In this document: one piece after another, positions 52,043 through 64,000 of the stretch | Layout of the letters: each line of letters opens with the position of its first letter | How positions within the stretch are numbered: the first letter of the stretch is position 1 | Assembly: GCA_050739575.1 (NCBI GenBank) | Contig: JBOIBN010000002.1 | Location: 2,404-66,403, forward strand | Source of the DNA: Gammaproteobacteria bacterium | GTDB lineage: Bacteria; Pseudomonadota; Gammaproteobacteria; JAKDMP01 | Length of the DNA stretch: 64,000 nucleotides | Direction of reading: 5' to 3' | The notes under the pieces: model-generated | Database searches by the model: none | What the model was told of the DNA's origin: nothing | What the model saw: only the letters and a program-made list of their open reading frames with translations | Position numbers and translations under genes: made by a program

Positions 52043-55000
52043 ACCCGCCGTTCGTGCACCTGAGACTGCACAGTGAGTATTCGCTGGTGGACAGTGTAGT
52101 CCGTATCCCCGAGCTTATGGATCGGGTGTCTGCGCTCGGGATGCCCGCCGTCGGCCTCACCGACGCCGGCAATTTATTTGCACTGGTCAAGTTTTATCGG
52201 GCTGCAGAAGCACGCGGCATCAAACCGATCATCGGCGCCGATCTTGCTCTCGTTCTCGAAGGCGAAGAGCACGCAAGCATGGTCACCGTTTTCGTTTGCG
52301 GGCGACACGGATATCGTACCCTTTGCAAACTCATTACCCGTAGCTACACCGAAGGCCAACGCGCCGGCCGACCGGAGGTACACGCGGCCTGGTTTGGTGC
52401 CGGAGCTCCTGAACTGATTGCACTTGCCGGGCGCGAGAGTGCGGTGGGTCGGGCGTTTGCAGCGGGCCAGGCGAAACGGGCTGGGCAACGGCTCGAAGCG
52501 TTGAAGGTGCTCTTTCCGCATGGTGTTTATCTGGAGTTGACACGTCTTGATCTGGTCGGCGAACAAGCCTTCAATCAGGCGGCGATTATGCTGGCACTCG
52601 AGACCGCCACACCCGCAGTGGCGACCAACAATGTCCGTTTTCTCAAGCCGGAGGATTACGAGGCACACGAGGCGCGGGTTGCAATCCATCAGGGTTATCG
52701 TCTGAACGAATCCGGACGTCCACACTTCTATGGTCCCGAACAATATCTGAAGAGTCCGGCGGAAATGGCGGAGCGCTTTGCAGATCTTCCCGAGACGCTA
52801 GCGGCGAGCGTGGCGATTGCCGAACGCGCAACCCTCGAACTCGATTTAGGGCGAATCGTTCTTCCTGCTTTTCCATTGCCGGCCGGAGAGGATGAGGGCG
52901 CCAGGCTCAAAAGCAATGCTGAAGCAGGGCTTGCCGGACGGCTTGCCGAAGCCGACTTTGTCGCGGCTGCTCCGGTAAGCGCCTATCAGGAGCGGCTGGT
53001 TGGAGAACTCGAGGTGATCGTCGAGATGGGCTTCGCCGGTTACTTCCTGATCGTCGCCGACTTCATCAACTGGGCGCGGGATCACGAGGTGCCTGTCGGG
53101 CCGGGCCGCGGCTCGGGGGCTGGCTCGCTGGTTGCCTATGCGCTTGGCATTACCGACCTGGATCCAATCGCTTACGATCTTATTTTCGAGCGGTTTATGA
53201 ATCCGGAACGGGTGTCCATGCCCGATTTCGACGTGGATTTCTGTATCGAGGGCCGAGATCGGGTCATAGATTACGTGGCCGAGCGCTACGGTCGCGACCG
53301 CGTTGCACAGATCATCACCTACGGGAGCATGGCGGCGCGGGCGGTGGTACGCGACGTCGGGCGCGTGCTCGGTCATCCCTACGGGTACGTGGACAAAATC
53401 GCCAAGCTCGTGCCTTTTGAAATCGGCATGACGCTTGCGCGCGCGCTTAAAGAATCCGGGGAATTGCGGGCGCTGTACGAATCGCAGGAGGATGCGCGCA
53501 GCCTGCTCGATCTCGCACAGAAACTGGAGGGTCTGTCGCGCAATGCCGGCAAACATGCCGGAGGCGTGGTCATCGCTCCCACTCCGCTCACCGAGTTCAC
53601 CCCGCTTTATGCCGAGGCGAACGAGGCGAGCCCGGTTACCCAGTTCGACAAGGATGATATCGAAGCGACGGGACTGGTCAAGTTCGACTTTCTCGGCCTG
53701 CGCACGCTGACCATTATTGACAAGGCGGTACGCGCAATCAATGCGGAACGCTCGGCGGCGGGCGAAACGCCAATCTCGGTGCGCGGACTCCCGCTCGATG
53801 ACGAAGCCACGTTTCGCCTTCTCAAGTCCGGTGAAACGACGGCCGTCTTTCAGCTCGAATCCCGCGGGATGAAGGAACTCATCGGCAGGCTCAAGCCGGA
53901 CAGCATTGAAGACATTATCGCCATCAATGCTCTGTTTCGTCCGGGTCCATTGCAATCGGGCATGGTGGACGATTTCATAGCACGCAAGCATGGCGCACAG
54001 AAGGTTGTCTATCCGCACCCGGCCCTGGAAGCCATTCTCAAGCTCACCTACGGCGTGATTCTGTATCAGGAGCAGGTCATGCAGATAGCGCAAGTGCTGG
54101 CTGGATATAGTTTGGGCAGCGCCGATCTTCTGCGCCGCGCCATGGGCAAAAAGAAGCCGGAGGAAATGGCTCGTCAGCGCGAGGTCTTCACCGACGGCGC
54201 ACGGATCCGCGGGGTCAACGCGAAAACGGCGACGCACATATTCGATCTGATGGAAAAGTTTGCCGGCTACGGCTTCAACAAGTCGCACTCGGCCGCCTAT
54301 GCCCTGATTGCCTATCAGACAGCTTGGCTCAAGGCTCATTACCCGGCCGCCTACATGGCGGCGGTGCTTTCCTCCGACATGGATCATACTGACAAGACCG
54401 TCCGCATGATTGACGAATGCCGGCGCATGGGACTCAAAATCCTTCCTCCAGACGTCAATCGCTCCACTCATTTTTTTGCAGTCGAGGGCACTGACGCCAT
54501 TCGTTACGGTCTGGGTGCGATCAAAGGCTTGGGGCGTGCAGTCACCGAGGCTCTGGTGTCCGAGCGCGAGCGCGGTGGATCCTACAAAGATCTGACCGGG
54601 CTATGTGTGCGAACCGATTTTCTCAGACTCAGCCGACGCGCGTTCGAAGCGTTGATCGAGGCCGGTGCACTTGATGAACTGGGAGCCGGGCGCGCCACAA
54701 TGATGGGCGAGTTGCCGCGGGCGCTCGCGACGGCCGAGCAGCGTCATCGCGCAGGCGACGCGGGCCAGAGTGATTTGTTCGGGCTTGCGCGCGCACCAAC
54801 ACTGCCGGACGTCGTGCCATTGGTATGGGACGAACGCGAGCGCCTGGCGCGCGAAAAACGCACCCTCGGGTTTTATCTGAGTGGTCATCCGATGCAGCGT
54901 TACGCAACGCTTCTCCCGCGGCTCGGCGTCGAGCGCATCGGTGATCTGGCCGACGATGCGCCGGGCAACGGAGGATCGCCCCCCCGTAATGTACGGATCG

Positions 55001-55500
55001 CCGGTCTCATCGCCGATCTGCGCCGTTTCGGCCGCCGCACGGCGATCACCCTAGACGATTCAAGTGGGCGAATCGAGGGAATATTCTTCGACGAACTGGC
55101 CGAACGCTCACGCCTGATACTGGTGCCGGACCGAATCGTTATTCTGGAAGGCCGGCTCGCCTACGACGACTACTTCAATCGTTGGCGGATCATCGCAGCG
55201 GACATTGCGGACATCGAAACGGTTGCCGAATGCAGGGCCGGGTCCGTTTGGATAGATTGGCGACCGAACGGCGGATCGCAGCAGGAATGCATCGTTGGCC
55301 TTAAAGGCGCGCTCGCAACGCACCTGGGTGGCAATGCAGTCGTCAATATTCGCTATCGTGGAACGGGGGTAAGTGCCTGCTTGCGGCTGAGTACGGATTG
55401 GCATGTCGTCGTGAAGGAAGGTCTCGTCGCGGAGCTGGAAACATTGAAGGGAGTAGAGCGTGTGGAGGTCGTTTACCGACATGACATTCCTCTGCATTGA
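52039..55500 (+). CDS. dnaE: DNA polymerase III alpha subunit
   Basis: 1153 aa: PHP domain ([15 protein letters not shown]), polymerase core, OB fold. Confidence 0.95.
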   Translation: MNPPFVHLRLHSEYSLVDSVVRIPELMDRVSALGMPAVGLTDAGNLFALVKFYRAAEARGIKPIIGADLALVLEGEEHASMVTVFVCGRHGYRTLCKLITRSYTEGQRAGRPEVHAAWFGAGAPELIALAGRESAVGRAFAAGQAKRAGQRLEALKVLFPHGVYLELTRLDLVGEQAFNQAAIMLALETATPAVATNNVRFLKPEDYEAHEARVAIHQGYRLNESGRPHFYGPEQYLKSPAEMAERFADLPETLAASVAIAERATLELDLGRIVLPAFPLPAGEDEGARLKSNAEAGLAGRLAEADFVAAAPVSAYQERLVGELEVIVEMGFAGYFLIVADFINWARDHEVPVGPGRGSGAGSLVAYALGITDLDPIAYDLIFERFMNPERVSMPDFDVDFCIEGRDRVIDYVAERYGRDRVAQIITYGSMAARAVVRDVGRVLGHPYGYVDKIAKLVPFEIGMTLARALKESGELRALYESQEDARSLLDLAQKLEGLSRNAGKHAGGVVIAPTPLTEFTPLYAEANEASPVTQFDKDDIEATGLVKFDFLGLRTLTIIDKAVRAINAERSAAGETPISVRGLPLDDEATFRLLKSGETTAVFQLESRGMKELIGRLKPDSIEDIIAINALFRPGPLQSGMVDDFIARKHGAQKVVYPHPALEAILKLTYGVILYQEQVMQIAQVLAGYSLGSADLLRRAMGKKKPEEMARQREVFTDGARIRGVNAKTATHIFDLMEKFAGYGFNKSHSAAYALIAYQTAWLKAHYPAAYMAAVLSSDMDHTDKTVRMIDECRRMGLKILPPDVNRSTHFFAVEGTDAIRYGLGAIKGLGRAVTEALVSERERGGSYKDLTGLCVRTDFLRLSRRAFEALIEAGALDELGAGRATMMGELPRALATAEQRHRAGDAGQSDLFGLARAPTLPDVVPLVWDERERLAREKRTLGFYLSGHPMQRYATLLPRLGVERIGDLADDAPGNGGSPPRNVRIAGLIADLRRFGRRTAITLDDSSGRIEGIFFDELAERSRLILVPDRIVILEGRLAYDDYFNRWRIIAADIADIETVAECRAGSVWIDWRPNGGSQQECIVGLKGALATHLGGNAVVNIRYRGTGVSACLRLSTDWHVVVKEGLVAELETLKGVERVEVVYRHDIPLH

Positions 55501-55509
55501 GTCCTGTGC

Positions 55510-55640
55510 GGCGGAGAAATTTTTCCATTCTTGAATTTAAAATCAACCATTATTTACAATTAATTAAATATTAATGTTATTCTTATTTGTGAGATACATT
55601 CTGATGCGAGAGACGAAGAAAATAAGATCTAACTGGATGT
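55510..55640 (+). promoter_or_regulatory. Strongly AT-rich ~130-bp island between dnaE and accA (probable accA promoter/UP region)
   Basis: ttcttgaatttaaaatcaaccattatttacaattaattaaatattaatgttattcttatttgtgagatacat, within a ~65% GC genome. Confidence 0.3.
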
Positions 55641-55707
55641 TTGCGAAGACCGGATTTCGGATGCGGACCGGTTGCGGCTAAGATGAAGGCGGAGGATACT
55701 CGTACAC

Positions 55708-56661
55708 ATGAACCTTAATTTTCTCGATTTTGAACAACCGATCGCCGAACTCGAAGTGAAAATCGAAGAGTTGCGGCATGTTGCCGATCCCGCCCTTGAT
55801 CTTAACGAGGAAATCACGCGGCTGCAGGAAAAGAGCGTTCAATTGACCCAATCCATTTTCGCCTCATTGACCCAATGGCAAATTACTCAACTTGCCCGCC
55901 ACTCGCAGCGGCCCTATACGCTGGATTATATCCCGCGTATTTTCGAAGACTTCGAGGAATTGCACGGCGATCGCCACTATGGCGACGATCCGGCGATCGT
56001 CGGCGGACTGGCGCGTCTGGACGGCCGCCCGGTTGTCTTGGTCGGCCAACAAAAGGGGCGCGCTACCAAAGAAAAAATACAACGCAATTTTGGCATGCCA
56101 CGCCCCGAGGGTTATCGCAAGGCACTCCGACTCATGCAACTTGCGGAACGTTTTCGTTTGCCGTTGTTGACTTTCATCGACACACCCGGCGCCTATCCCG
56201 GCGTCGGTGCGGAGGAACGGGGTCAGAGCGAAGCCATCGCCCGCAACCTGATCGAGATGTCCGAACTTGCGACTCCGATCATTTGCACGGTGATCGGCGA
56301 GGGTGGCTCGGGTGGTGCGCTTGCGATCGGGATCGGCGATTGGGTGCAGATGCTTGAGTACAGCATCTATTCAGTGATATCCCCCGAGGGTTGTGCTTCG
56401 ATCCTGTGGAAGGATGCGGCGCAGGCGGAGACCGCCGCCGAGGCCTTGGGCGTCGGCGCAAACCGGCTGCTCAAACTCGGCTTGGTGGATGCGTTGTTGT
56501 CCGAGCCGCTCGGCGGCGCCCACCGCGATCCCGACGCCATGGCGCAAACGCTCAAGGAGGCGCTTATTCGCGAGCTCAATCGTCTGAGCGGACTATCCGT
56601 CGAGGAACTTCTGGCGGCACGTGCACGCAAACTGCGCGGCTACGGACAGTTCCGAAACTGA
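55708..56661 (+). CDS. accA: Acetyl-CoA carboxylase carboxyltransferase alpha subunit
   Basis: 317 aa; …[10 protein letters not shown]…[13 protein letters not shown]…. Confidence 0.9.
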   Translation: MNLNFLDFEQPIAELEVKIEELRHVADPALDLNEEITRLQEKSVQLTQSIFASLTQWQITQLARHSQRPYTLDYIPRIFEDFEELHGDRHYGDDPAIVGGLARLDGRPVVLVGQQKGRATKEKIQRNFGMPRPEGYRKALRLMQLAERFRLPLLTFIDTPGAYPGVGAEERGQSEAIARNLIEMSELATPIICTVIGEGGSGGALAIGIGDWVQMLEYSIYSVISPEGCASILWKDAAQAETAAEALGVGANRLLKLGLVDALLSEPLGGAHRDPDAMAQTLKEALIRELNRLSGLSVEELLAARARKLRGYGQFRN

Positions 56662-56681
56662 GCGCAACGCCGCGACGTTTG

Positions 56682-57995
56682 GATTTTTCCCCCGAAGCGC
56701 TCGTTGGGATTCTGGCCGACTGGCCGCATCCGCACCGTTATGTGACGCTCGTGAGCGGCGGGCTCGACTCTACCGTGCTGCTGCACGCGTTGGCCGAGGT
56801 TCGGCGGCGATTGGTGGCGCCGCTCGTCGTGCTTCATTTCGACCACGAGATTGCCGCTGATTCACCGCTCTGGGCCCGGCAGGTTGAACGCATGGCGGAA
56901 ACACTGGGGTTGCCGTTTTTCCTCGAACGTCTTGCCATCGCGTCGTCCGATGCAGCGCTGGAAACACGCGCGCGCAGCGCACGCTACGCGCGACTGTCGG
57001 CATGGATGACGCCGAATGACTGCTGTCTCACCGCTCATCACGCCGATGACCAAGCCGAGACTTTCCTCCTTCAGGCACTACGCGGCGCCGGTTCGGTCGG
57101 CCTCGCGGCCATGCCCCAGTTGCGCCGCTTCGGTTCCGGCTGGCTCGGCAGGCCGTTGCTGGCCTGGACGCGCAGGCAACTTGAAAACCGGGCGCGAACG
57201 CAGAATCTCGAGTGGATTGAGGATCCCGGCAATCTCGATCCGGCAGCGGCCCGCAACTGGCTGCGTCAGCGGGTTTGGCCATCTCTTACCGATCGTTGGC
57301 CGGCGGCCTCGATCACACTGGCCCGAAGCGCCTCACAGGCGGCTGAAGCGGCCGCACTCGCCGCCGAATGGGCCGATGAGGATCTGGCCCGTCATGCCAG
57401 CGCCTCCCCCGACCGCCTGCCGATCGGGGCACTGCTTGGATTGGGCCCCGCGCGCCGACGTAATTTGCTGCGTCACTGGATACGGAAGCGAGGGCTGTCC
57501 GTGCCGACGGCCGCGAAACTTGCGGAACTGGAGCGCGAGTTCATCGAGCGCGATCCCGGTGCACGGGCGACGTTGATGTGGCCGGGTGCCGAGGCGCACC
57601 GTTTCCGCGACATGCTCCATGTCCTGGCGCCGCTGCCACGTCCTTCGCCCGCAGCGATTACGCTTACGTTGGGCGAATGGTCGGATCTGGGACCGCTGGG
57701 GCGAGTCGCGCTTTTCGCTGATCCACGAGGGCAAATGCGCCCCGTCGTAACGCAGGGAGCACTGACGCTTCGTTTCCGCGTCGGCGGCGAGACGCTGCGG
57801 CCGGCGGGTAATGCGCATCACCGCCCGCTCAAGAAACTGTTGCAGGAATCCGCGGTGCTGCCCTGGATGCGGCCGCGGGTACCGTTACTTTATGTGGGCG
57901 ATGAGCTGGCCGCCGTCGCCGGCCTGGATGTTGCGGCCGAGTATGCGGGGCGGGGCTGGTCGCTTCTCTGGGAAAATGCTCCGCCTCTGCGCTAG
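56682..57995 (+). CDS. tilS: tRNA(Ile)-lysidine synthetase (TTG start inferred)
   Basis: PP-loop YVTLVSGGLDSTVLLHAL. No ATG between the accA stop and this motif; the in-frame TTG at 56682 is the candidate start. Confidence 0.75.
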   Translation, partial: DFSPEALVGILADWPHPHRYVTLVSGGLDSTVLLHALAEVRRRLVAPLVVLHFDHEIAADSPLWARQVERMAETLGLPFFLERLAIASSDAALETRARSARYARLSAWMTPNDCCLTAHHADDQAETFLLQALRGAGSVGLAAMPQLRRFGSGWLGRPLLAWTRRQLENRARTQNLEWIEDPGNLDPAAARNWLRQRVWPSLTDRWPAASITLARSASQAAEAAALAAEWADEDLARHASASPDRLPIGALLGLGPARRRNLLRHWIRKRGLSVPTAAKLAELEREFIERDPGARATLMWPGAEAHRFRDMLHVLAPLPRPSPAAITLTLGEWSDLGPLGRVALFADPRGQMRPVVTQGALTLRFRVGGETLRPAGNAHHRPLKKLLQESAVLPWMRPRVPLLYVGDELAAVAGLDVAAEYAGRGWSLLWENAPPLR

Positions 57996-58013
57996 TCTTG
58001 AGAGCTAGCTGAA

Positions 58014-58059
58014 CTCTGATCAATTCGTCCGTGAATTGATCAGAGGCGGCAAGTCCGGC
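58014..58059 (+). repeat. Hairpin plus conserved 19-mer CAGAGGCGGCAAGTCCGGC, copy 2 (just after tilS)
   Basis: ctctgatcaattc-gtccgt-gaattgatcagag, then gcggcaagtccggc. Confidence 0.4.
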
Positions 58060-58183
58060 ACATGTCCGAACCGCCTTACGCCGAATCAAGCACTTGCGTT
58101 TTTGATTCACGGTGGTGCATCCTTGCACCACACGGAAGCTCTGAATAAATCAGAGCTCCCTTAAAGCCGCAGGGAATCGGAAC

Positions 58184-60211
<2,028 letters not shown>

Positions 60212-60246
60212 CGGGCTGTCTGTATCAAGGTGTCGTGGGGCATAAA

Positions 60247-61002
60247 TTAACGGATGCGCCGGACGAAGACTTCTTTAGAGCCGTAACCGCTCACCACCAG
60301 CACATAACCGATCAACAGTTTCTTGATGACGATTTCGGGGTTCCGGAGATCAATCTGGAAATAGCCGGGGCCGGCCTGCTTCCAGATTTGGCCGTTCTCC
60401 AGACGAAAAATGGTATCACCCGACCAACCGTGGAAGTCCCCGTCGATCCGGCTTTCGATGCGTTTGGGTTCCTGTGTTCTGACGGGCGGGGCACCAAAAG
60501 CCTCGACGGCCGTGCTCGTGCTGCCCGGGGTGGACAACGCGCCCGGAGAAGGCTGGAGGGGGAGGGCTACTGGAGGCGTCGTTGGCGCCGAGGCGGCACA
60601 AAGATCGCGCACATTGCCTCGCAACCATGCGTTGAGCGCCGCTAGCTGATCCGGGTCAAGCTTGCTCAGACCGGACTGGTCGAAAACCGAAACGGTCATG
60701 AAGTCGCGCAGATCAATCGGCTGCGGACAGGCCCGTAAAGCGCCTGTACTCGAATCCGTCGCCGGGGTGGGGCACAAGCTCCAAGCGTTGTGGTCGAGCC
60801 AGTCATTCAGGCTTGCAAGTTGGTCGTGATCGAGCTGATTCAGTCCCGCCTGATTGAAGGTCGCCACGGTCATGAGGTCACGCAAGTCAACCACTTGCGC
60901 ACAGTTTTGTTGCGCCGCCGCCGCGGCAAAGCCGGGCATGACCACGCCGACGAACATACAGAACGTCAGGCCGGCACCCGCAGTGAGGCAGCGAATCCTC
61001 AT
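60247..61002 (-). CDS. Secreted hypothetical protein with two ~45-aa Cys-bounded tandem repeats
   Basis: Signal peptide MRIRCLTAGAGLTFCMFVGVVMPGFAAAAA. Repeats C..Q.[VI]DLRD[LF]MTV..F[ND]Q[AS]GL..LD.DQLA[AS]LN.WL. Downstream of prc. Confidence 0.5.
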   Translation of the reverse strand: MRIRCLTAGAGLTFCMFVGVVMPGFAAAAAQQNCAQVVDLRDLMTVATFNQAGLNQLDHDQLASLNDWLDHNAWSLCPTPATDSSTGALRACPQPIDLRDFMTVSVFDQSGLSKLDPDQLAALNAWLRGNVRDLCAASAPTTPPVALPLQPSPGALSTPGSTSTAVEAFGAPPVRTQEPKRIESRIDGDFHGWSGDTIFRLENGQIWKQAGPGYFQIDLRNPEIVIKKLLIGYVLVVSGYGSKEVFVRRIR

Positions 61003-61198
61003 TATTTCAGTATTCCCATTGTGCTTGTATCCTACCGAGGGCAAGCATAGCATTCCCGGGCGCCGGCCGAAAGTCGAAAAATAGCATCTGCTGTGACTCC
61101 GGATGGCCCAAAATTTTACCGGATTCGGGGCCGACGGCCTGTCCGGAGCGGCAGCCCCGGGTTTGCGCACCTGATGCCGTTCATTGCCAAACTGCCCC

Positions 61199-63445
61199 CT
61201 ACCCGCGGCTTGCCGGCGGCGGCGGATGCAAAATCTTGGGTGCCGGGCTGGGTGGCGGCGGACATTCGCTCATGACCGGGGTCGGCGTGAGGGTGCCGCT
61301 ATAGCTCGCAGTCGCCCAGTCCAGGCACATGTTGTGTTGTTCGGTCGTCGTTTGAAGGATTATGGGCGTGAACGTGAACTTGGCAACCACTGGCGGAAGG
61401 AGCGCCAAGTACTCACCCAGAATATCCGTGCTAGCTTCAAGTTCCATGTCGGGCGGAGAGAAATTTCCGTCATCGGCTTCTTTCAAATCCTTGAAGGCGG
61501 AATTTCCGTTAAGTTTGCGCCAGGCGTTGTCAAGTGCAAGGTTTGCGGCGCGCTCTTTCTCGCGATCGTTCTTGCGCGTTGCGAGATTCAACGATAGCGT
61601 GGTGCGCGCGGCCATCGCGCGTTCGGCGGCGACTTCGCGTTCGTAAAGCGCGAAGCGCGGATTACTCTTTACGGTCGTGGCGTAATAGTGTTCGAGGCGG
61701 GGCAGCGTCGCGTCTATGCCGTCCTTGAGGGGCGTGTAATCGGCCGGGGCAATCTGTTTCCACGGCAGGGCATTCGGGTAGGTTCCTTCGCCGAACTGCC
61801 TATCGTCAATGGCGGAAGGCAGGGCGATATCGGGCAGCACCCCCCTGAGCTGGGTGCTCGAGCCATTTACACGGAAAAACTGCGCCGTGGTCAACTTGAG
61901 TTCTCCAGCCTTGAATCCCGGCAGGTAATTGTCGAGGTCCAGCAACTGTTGCACCGTGCCCTTGCCCCAAGTGGGCGACCCGATCACAAGGGCCCGCTGG
62001 TAGTCCTTTAGTGCACCGACAAAAATCTCGGTGGCAGAGGCGCTGAAACGATTGATGAGCACGGCAAGCGGCCCGTCCCATACGATTTTCTCGTCACGCG
62101 GCGTATCAAGCACTTGGGGACTGCCGCTGCGATCTTCCACCTGCACGACCGGACCATGCGGAATGAAGAGTCCCGTGAGCGCTGCCGCTTCTTCCAGCGA
62201 ACCGCCGCCGTTATTGCGCAAATCGAGCAAAATGCCGGAGACATCCTGCTTTTTAAGTTCACTTATCAGGGCTGCGACATCGTGGGAAACGCTGGTGTAG
62301 TTTTTCTCGTCGTCGTTTGCAGCCTGGAAATTCAAGTAGAACGATGGAATGGTGATGATGCCGATACGGTAGCCCGTGGCGCCTCGCTTGACGAGCATCG
62401 TTCTGGCAGTGGCCCGTTCGGCTTCGAGTTCGATGGTGTTGCGCACGAAAGTCAGCATCTTTTCCAAGCCGCCTGGAAGTACGCCGGCGGGAAGAATTTC
62501 GAGCCGCACTGTGGAGTCCTTCGGGCCACGAATCTTCTTTACCACGTCGTCCAAGCGCCAGCCGACGACATCGGTCATTTTCCCGTCTTTGCCTTCGGCG
62601 ACGCCGACAATCCGGTCGCCGGGCTTCAGTTCGCCGCCCTTCGCCGCGGGACCGCCGGGCAGGATCCGAACCACTGTTACATAGCCGTCGTTGTCGGAGA
62701 GCTGTGCGCCAACGCCTTCGAGCTGCAGGCTCATCGCAATCTGAAACTGCTGTGCCTCGAAGGGAGAGAAGTAGGAACTGTGAGGGTCTTCCGTCTCCGC
62801 GTAAGCGTTCATGAAGGCGTCGAACACATCGTTCGAGTTCGTGCGGGCCGCGACATTCAACACGTAGCGATAGCGCTTGAGAAGCACCTTCTGGGTCTCG
62901 CCCCAGTTTTTGCCGGCAAGCAGCAGAGTAAGCACATCGTTGGTGGTGCGTTTTTGCCACAGTTGATCCAGCGCGTTCTGATCCTTGGGCCAAGGCGTTT
63001 TGAGTTGGCTGAAACGAAAAATCTCGTCACTGTCGAGTTTGGGCTCTTTATCAAGAAGGCTCAATGCGTAATTAATCTGTTTGTTGACCCTCTTCATGTA
63101 TGTCTGGTAGATATCGAAGGCAGGCTCGAGATCTCCGTGCTTAAGGTCGGCGGCGAGTTCACCGTCGTAACGGTGAAAGCGGTCGATATCGGCTTGGGTA
63201 AAATATGAACGACCGGGATCCAGATCGTCGAAGTACTGGTCGAGAATCGCATGTGCGAGTTTCGAATCCAAGAGCTTGTCGGGGTAGTGTTTGCTTTGCA
63301 TCACGTCCACTACCGTGCGCGCTATCAATACCTGGCGCGGTTGAGGGGAGAGCGCACTCGCCGGCGCGGGCGCCGCCGTATCGGCGATGGCGGTCGTCGC
63401 CGCAAACAGCAGACAGAGCAGAATCGGGACTCGACGCATAATCAT
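61199..63445 (-). CDS. prc: Tail-specific (C-terminal processing) protease, S41 family
   Basis: 748 aa with signal peptide, PDZ domain and S41 catalytic region (GGGSLEEA...). Confidence 0.9.
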   Translation of the reverse strand: MIMRRVPILLCLLFAATTAIADTAAPAPASALSPQPRQVLIARTVVDVMQSKHYPDKLLDSKLAHAILDQYFDDLDPGRSYFTQADIDRFHRYDGELAADLKHGDLEPAFDIYQTYMKRVNKQINYALSLLDKEPKLDSDEIFRFSQLKTPWPKDQNALDQLWQKRTTNDVLTLLLAGKNWGETQKVLLKRYRYVLNVAARTNSNDVFDAFMNAYAETEDPHSSYFSPFEAQQFQIAMSLQLEGVGAQLSDNDGYVTVVRILPGGPAAKGGELKPGDRIVGVAEGKDGKMTDVVGWRLDDVVKKIRGPKDSTVRLEILPAGVLPGGLEKMLTFVRNTIELEAERATARTMLVKRGATGYRIGIITIPSFYLNFQAANDDEKNYTSVSHDVAALISELKKQDVSGILLDLRNNGGGSLEEAAALTGLFIPHGPVVQVEDRSGSPQVLDTPRDEKIVWDGPLAVLINRFSASATEIFVGALKDYQRALVIGSPTWGKGTVQQLLDLDNYLPGFKAGELKLTTAQFFRVNGSSTQLRGVLPDIALPSAIDDRQFGEGTYPNALPWKQIAPADYTPLKDGIDATLPRLEHYYATTVKSNPRFALYEREVAAERAMAARTTLSLNLATRKNDREKERAANLALDNAWRKLNGNSAFKDLKEADDGNFSPPDMELEASTDILGEYLALLPPVVAKFTFTPIILQTTTEQHNMCLDWATASYSGTLTPTPVMSECPPPPSPAPKILHPPPPASRG

Positions 63446-63516
63446 CCTTGTAAGCAGACGGTCGGCACGTTAACACAGAGCCCGGTGCCGTTTGGTCCTA
63501 AAAAGTTGAATTTGAA

Positions 63517-64000
63517 TCAGGCGCGTGCGCCGCGTGCGGCCGGCTCTTCCAATGTTTTGCTCACGCGCCGATGCTCGCTGCGCAGGCGATCCGGCAGTCG
63601 CTTGCCGTAAGTGTCGAGATAGTCACCGATCGCGGCATATTCTTCACACCATTGTCCGGCATCTACCGCCAGAAGCGCCTTCATGGTCGCACCGTCCACG
63701 GCGAGGCCTTGGGTATCGATGGCCCGGGGAGTGGGAACGAAGCCGATGGGGGTTTCCACCGCATCACCCTTGCCCTCGCAACGATCGAGTACCCAGCGCA
63801 GGACGCGCAGATTCTCACCGAAGCCCGGCCACAGGAACTTCCCGTCCTTGCCCTTGCGAAACCAGTTGACATGGAAAATACGTGGCGGATTTTTCGAGCG
63901 TTCGGCGAAGGTCAGCCAGTAAGCCCAATAATCCGCAAAATTGTAGCCGCAAAACGGCTTCATGGCCATCGGGTCGCGGCGCACGGCGCCAACCTTGCCG
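63517..64000 (-). CDS. pckG: Phosphoenolpyruvate carboxykinase (GTP), C-terminal part (gene continues beyond window end)
   Basis: ...FHVNWFRKGKDGKFLWPGFGENLRVLRWVLDRCEG... matches the GTP-PEPCK C-terminus. Confidence 0.8.
   Translation of the reverse strand, partial: GKVGAVRRDPMAMKPFCGYNFADYWAYWLTFAERSKNPPRIFHVNWFRKGKDGKFLWPGFGENLRVLRWVLDRCEGKGDAVETPIGFVPTPRAIDTQGLAVDGATMKALLAVDAGQWCEEYAAIGDYLDTYGKRLPDRLRSEHRRVSKTLEEPAARGARA

Noticed and set aside
52846-54471. 541-aa minus-strand ORF
   Set aside because: Antisense shadow of dnaE.

Overview
High-GC proteobacterial chromosome segment. The right two thirds is a conserved housekeeping block: bfd-bfr, dapE-dapD-dapC-glnD-map on the minus strand, then rpsB-tsf-pyrH-frr-uppS-cdsA-dxr-rseP-bamA-skp-lpxD-fabZ-fabZ-lpxA-lpxB-rnhB-dnaE, accA-tilS, an acetyl-CoA-synthetase-family ligase, prc and the 3' end of pckG. 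The left third is accessory or mosaic, and holds the findings of interest. (1) ssrA (tmRNA) on the minus strand has a ~247-nt insertion in its T-loop that carries group I intron core motifs (Azoarcus-like UAUGCCAACGCCG, AGAGACU, AUAGUCC). Promoter and terminator are intact, and a T4-type lysozyme gene lacking an ATG sits next to it. (2) A Type I (EcoAI/EcoEI-like) restriction-modification locus reads hsdM(frameshifted)-hsdS-[orphan antitoxin]-[Phd/YefM-VapC PIN toxin]-hsdR. The vapC stop overlaps the hsdR start, and a NYN/OST-HTH protein follows hsdR. Nesting a PIN RNase toxin-antitoxin pair between hsdS and hsdR echoes the PrrC/RloC anticodon-nuclease arrangement and may be an undescribed composite defense module. 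(3) Two tandem paralogous genes encode very large secreted/lipoprotein beta-helix (G8/PbH1-like) proteins next to a DUF4097 adhesin-like gene; they abut a 3' remnant of manB/cpsG (phosphomannomutase). (4) A decayed internal fragment of prfC lies 8 kb from the intact prfC, at the border of the low-GC RM region. Also present: a DUF3313 lipoprotein followed by an RND tripartite efflux operon, arfB, a VOC enzyme, a UPF0104 membrane protein, a duplicated fabZ, and a hairpin plus 19-nt motif repeated at two intergenic sites. No CRISPR array, rRNA or tRNA genes were seen.
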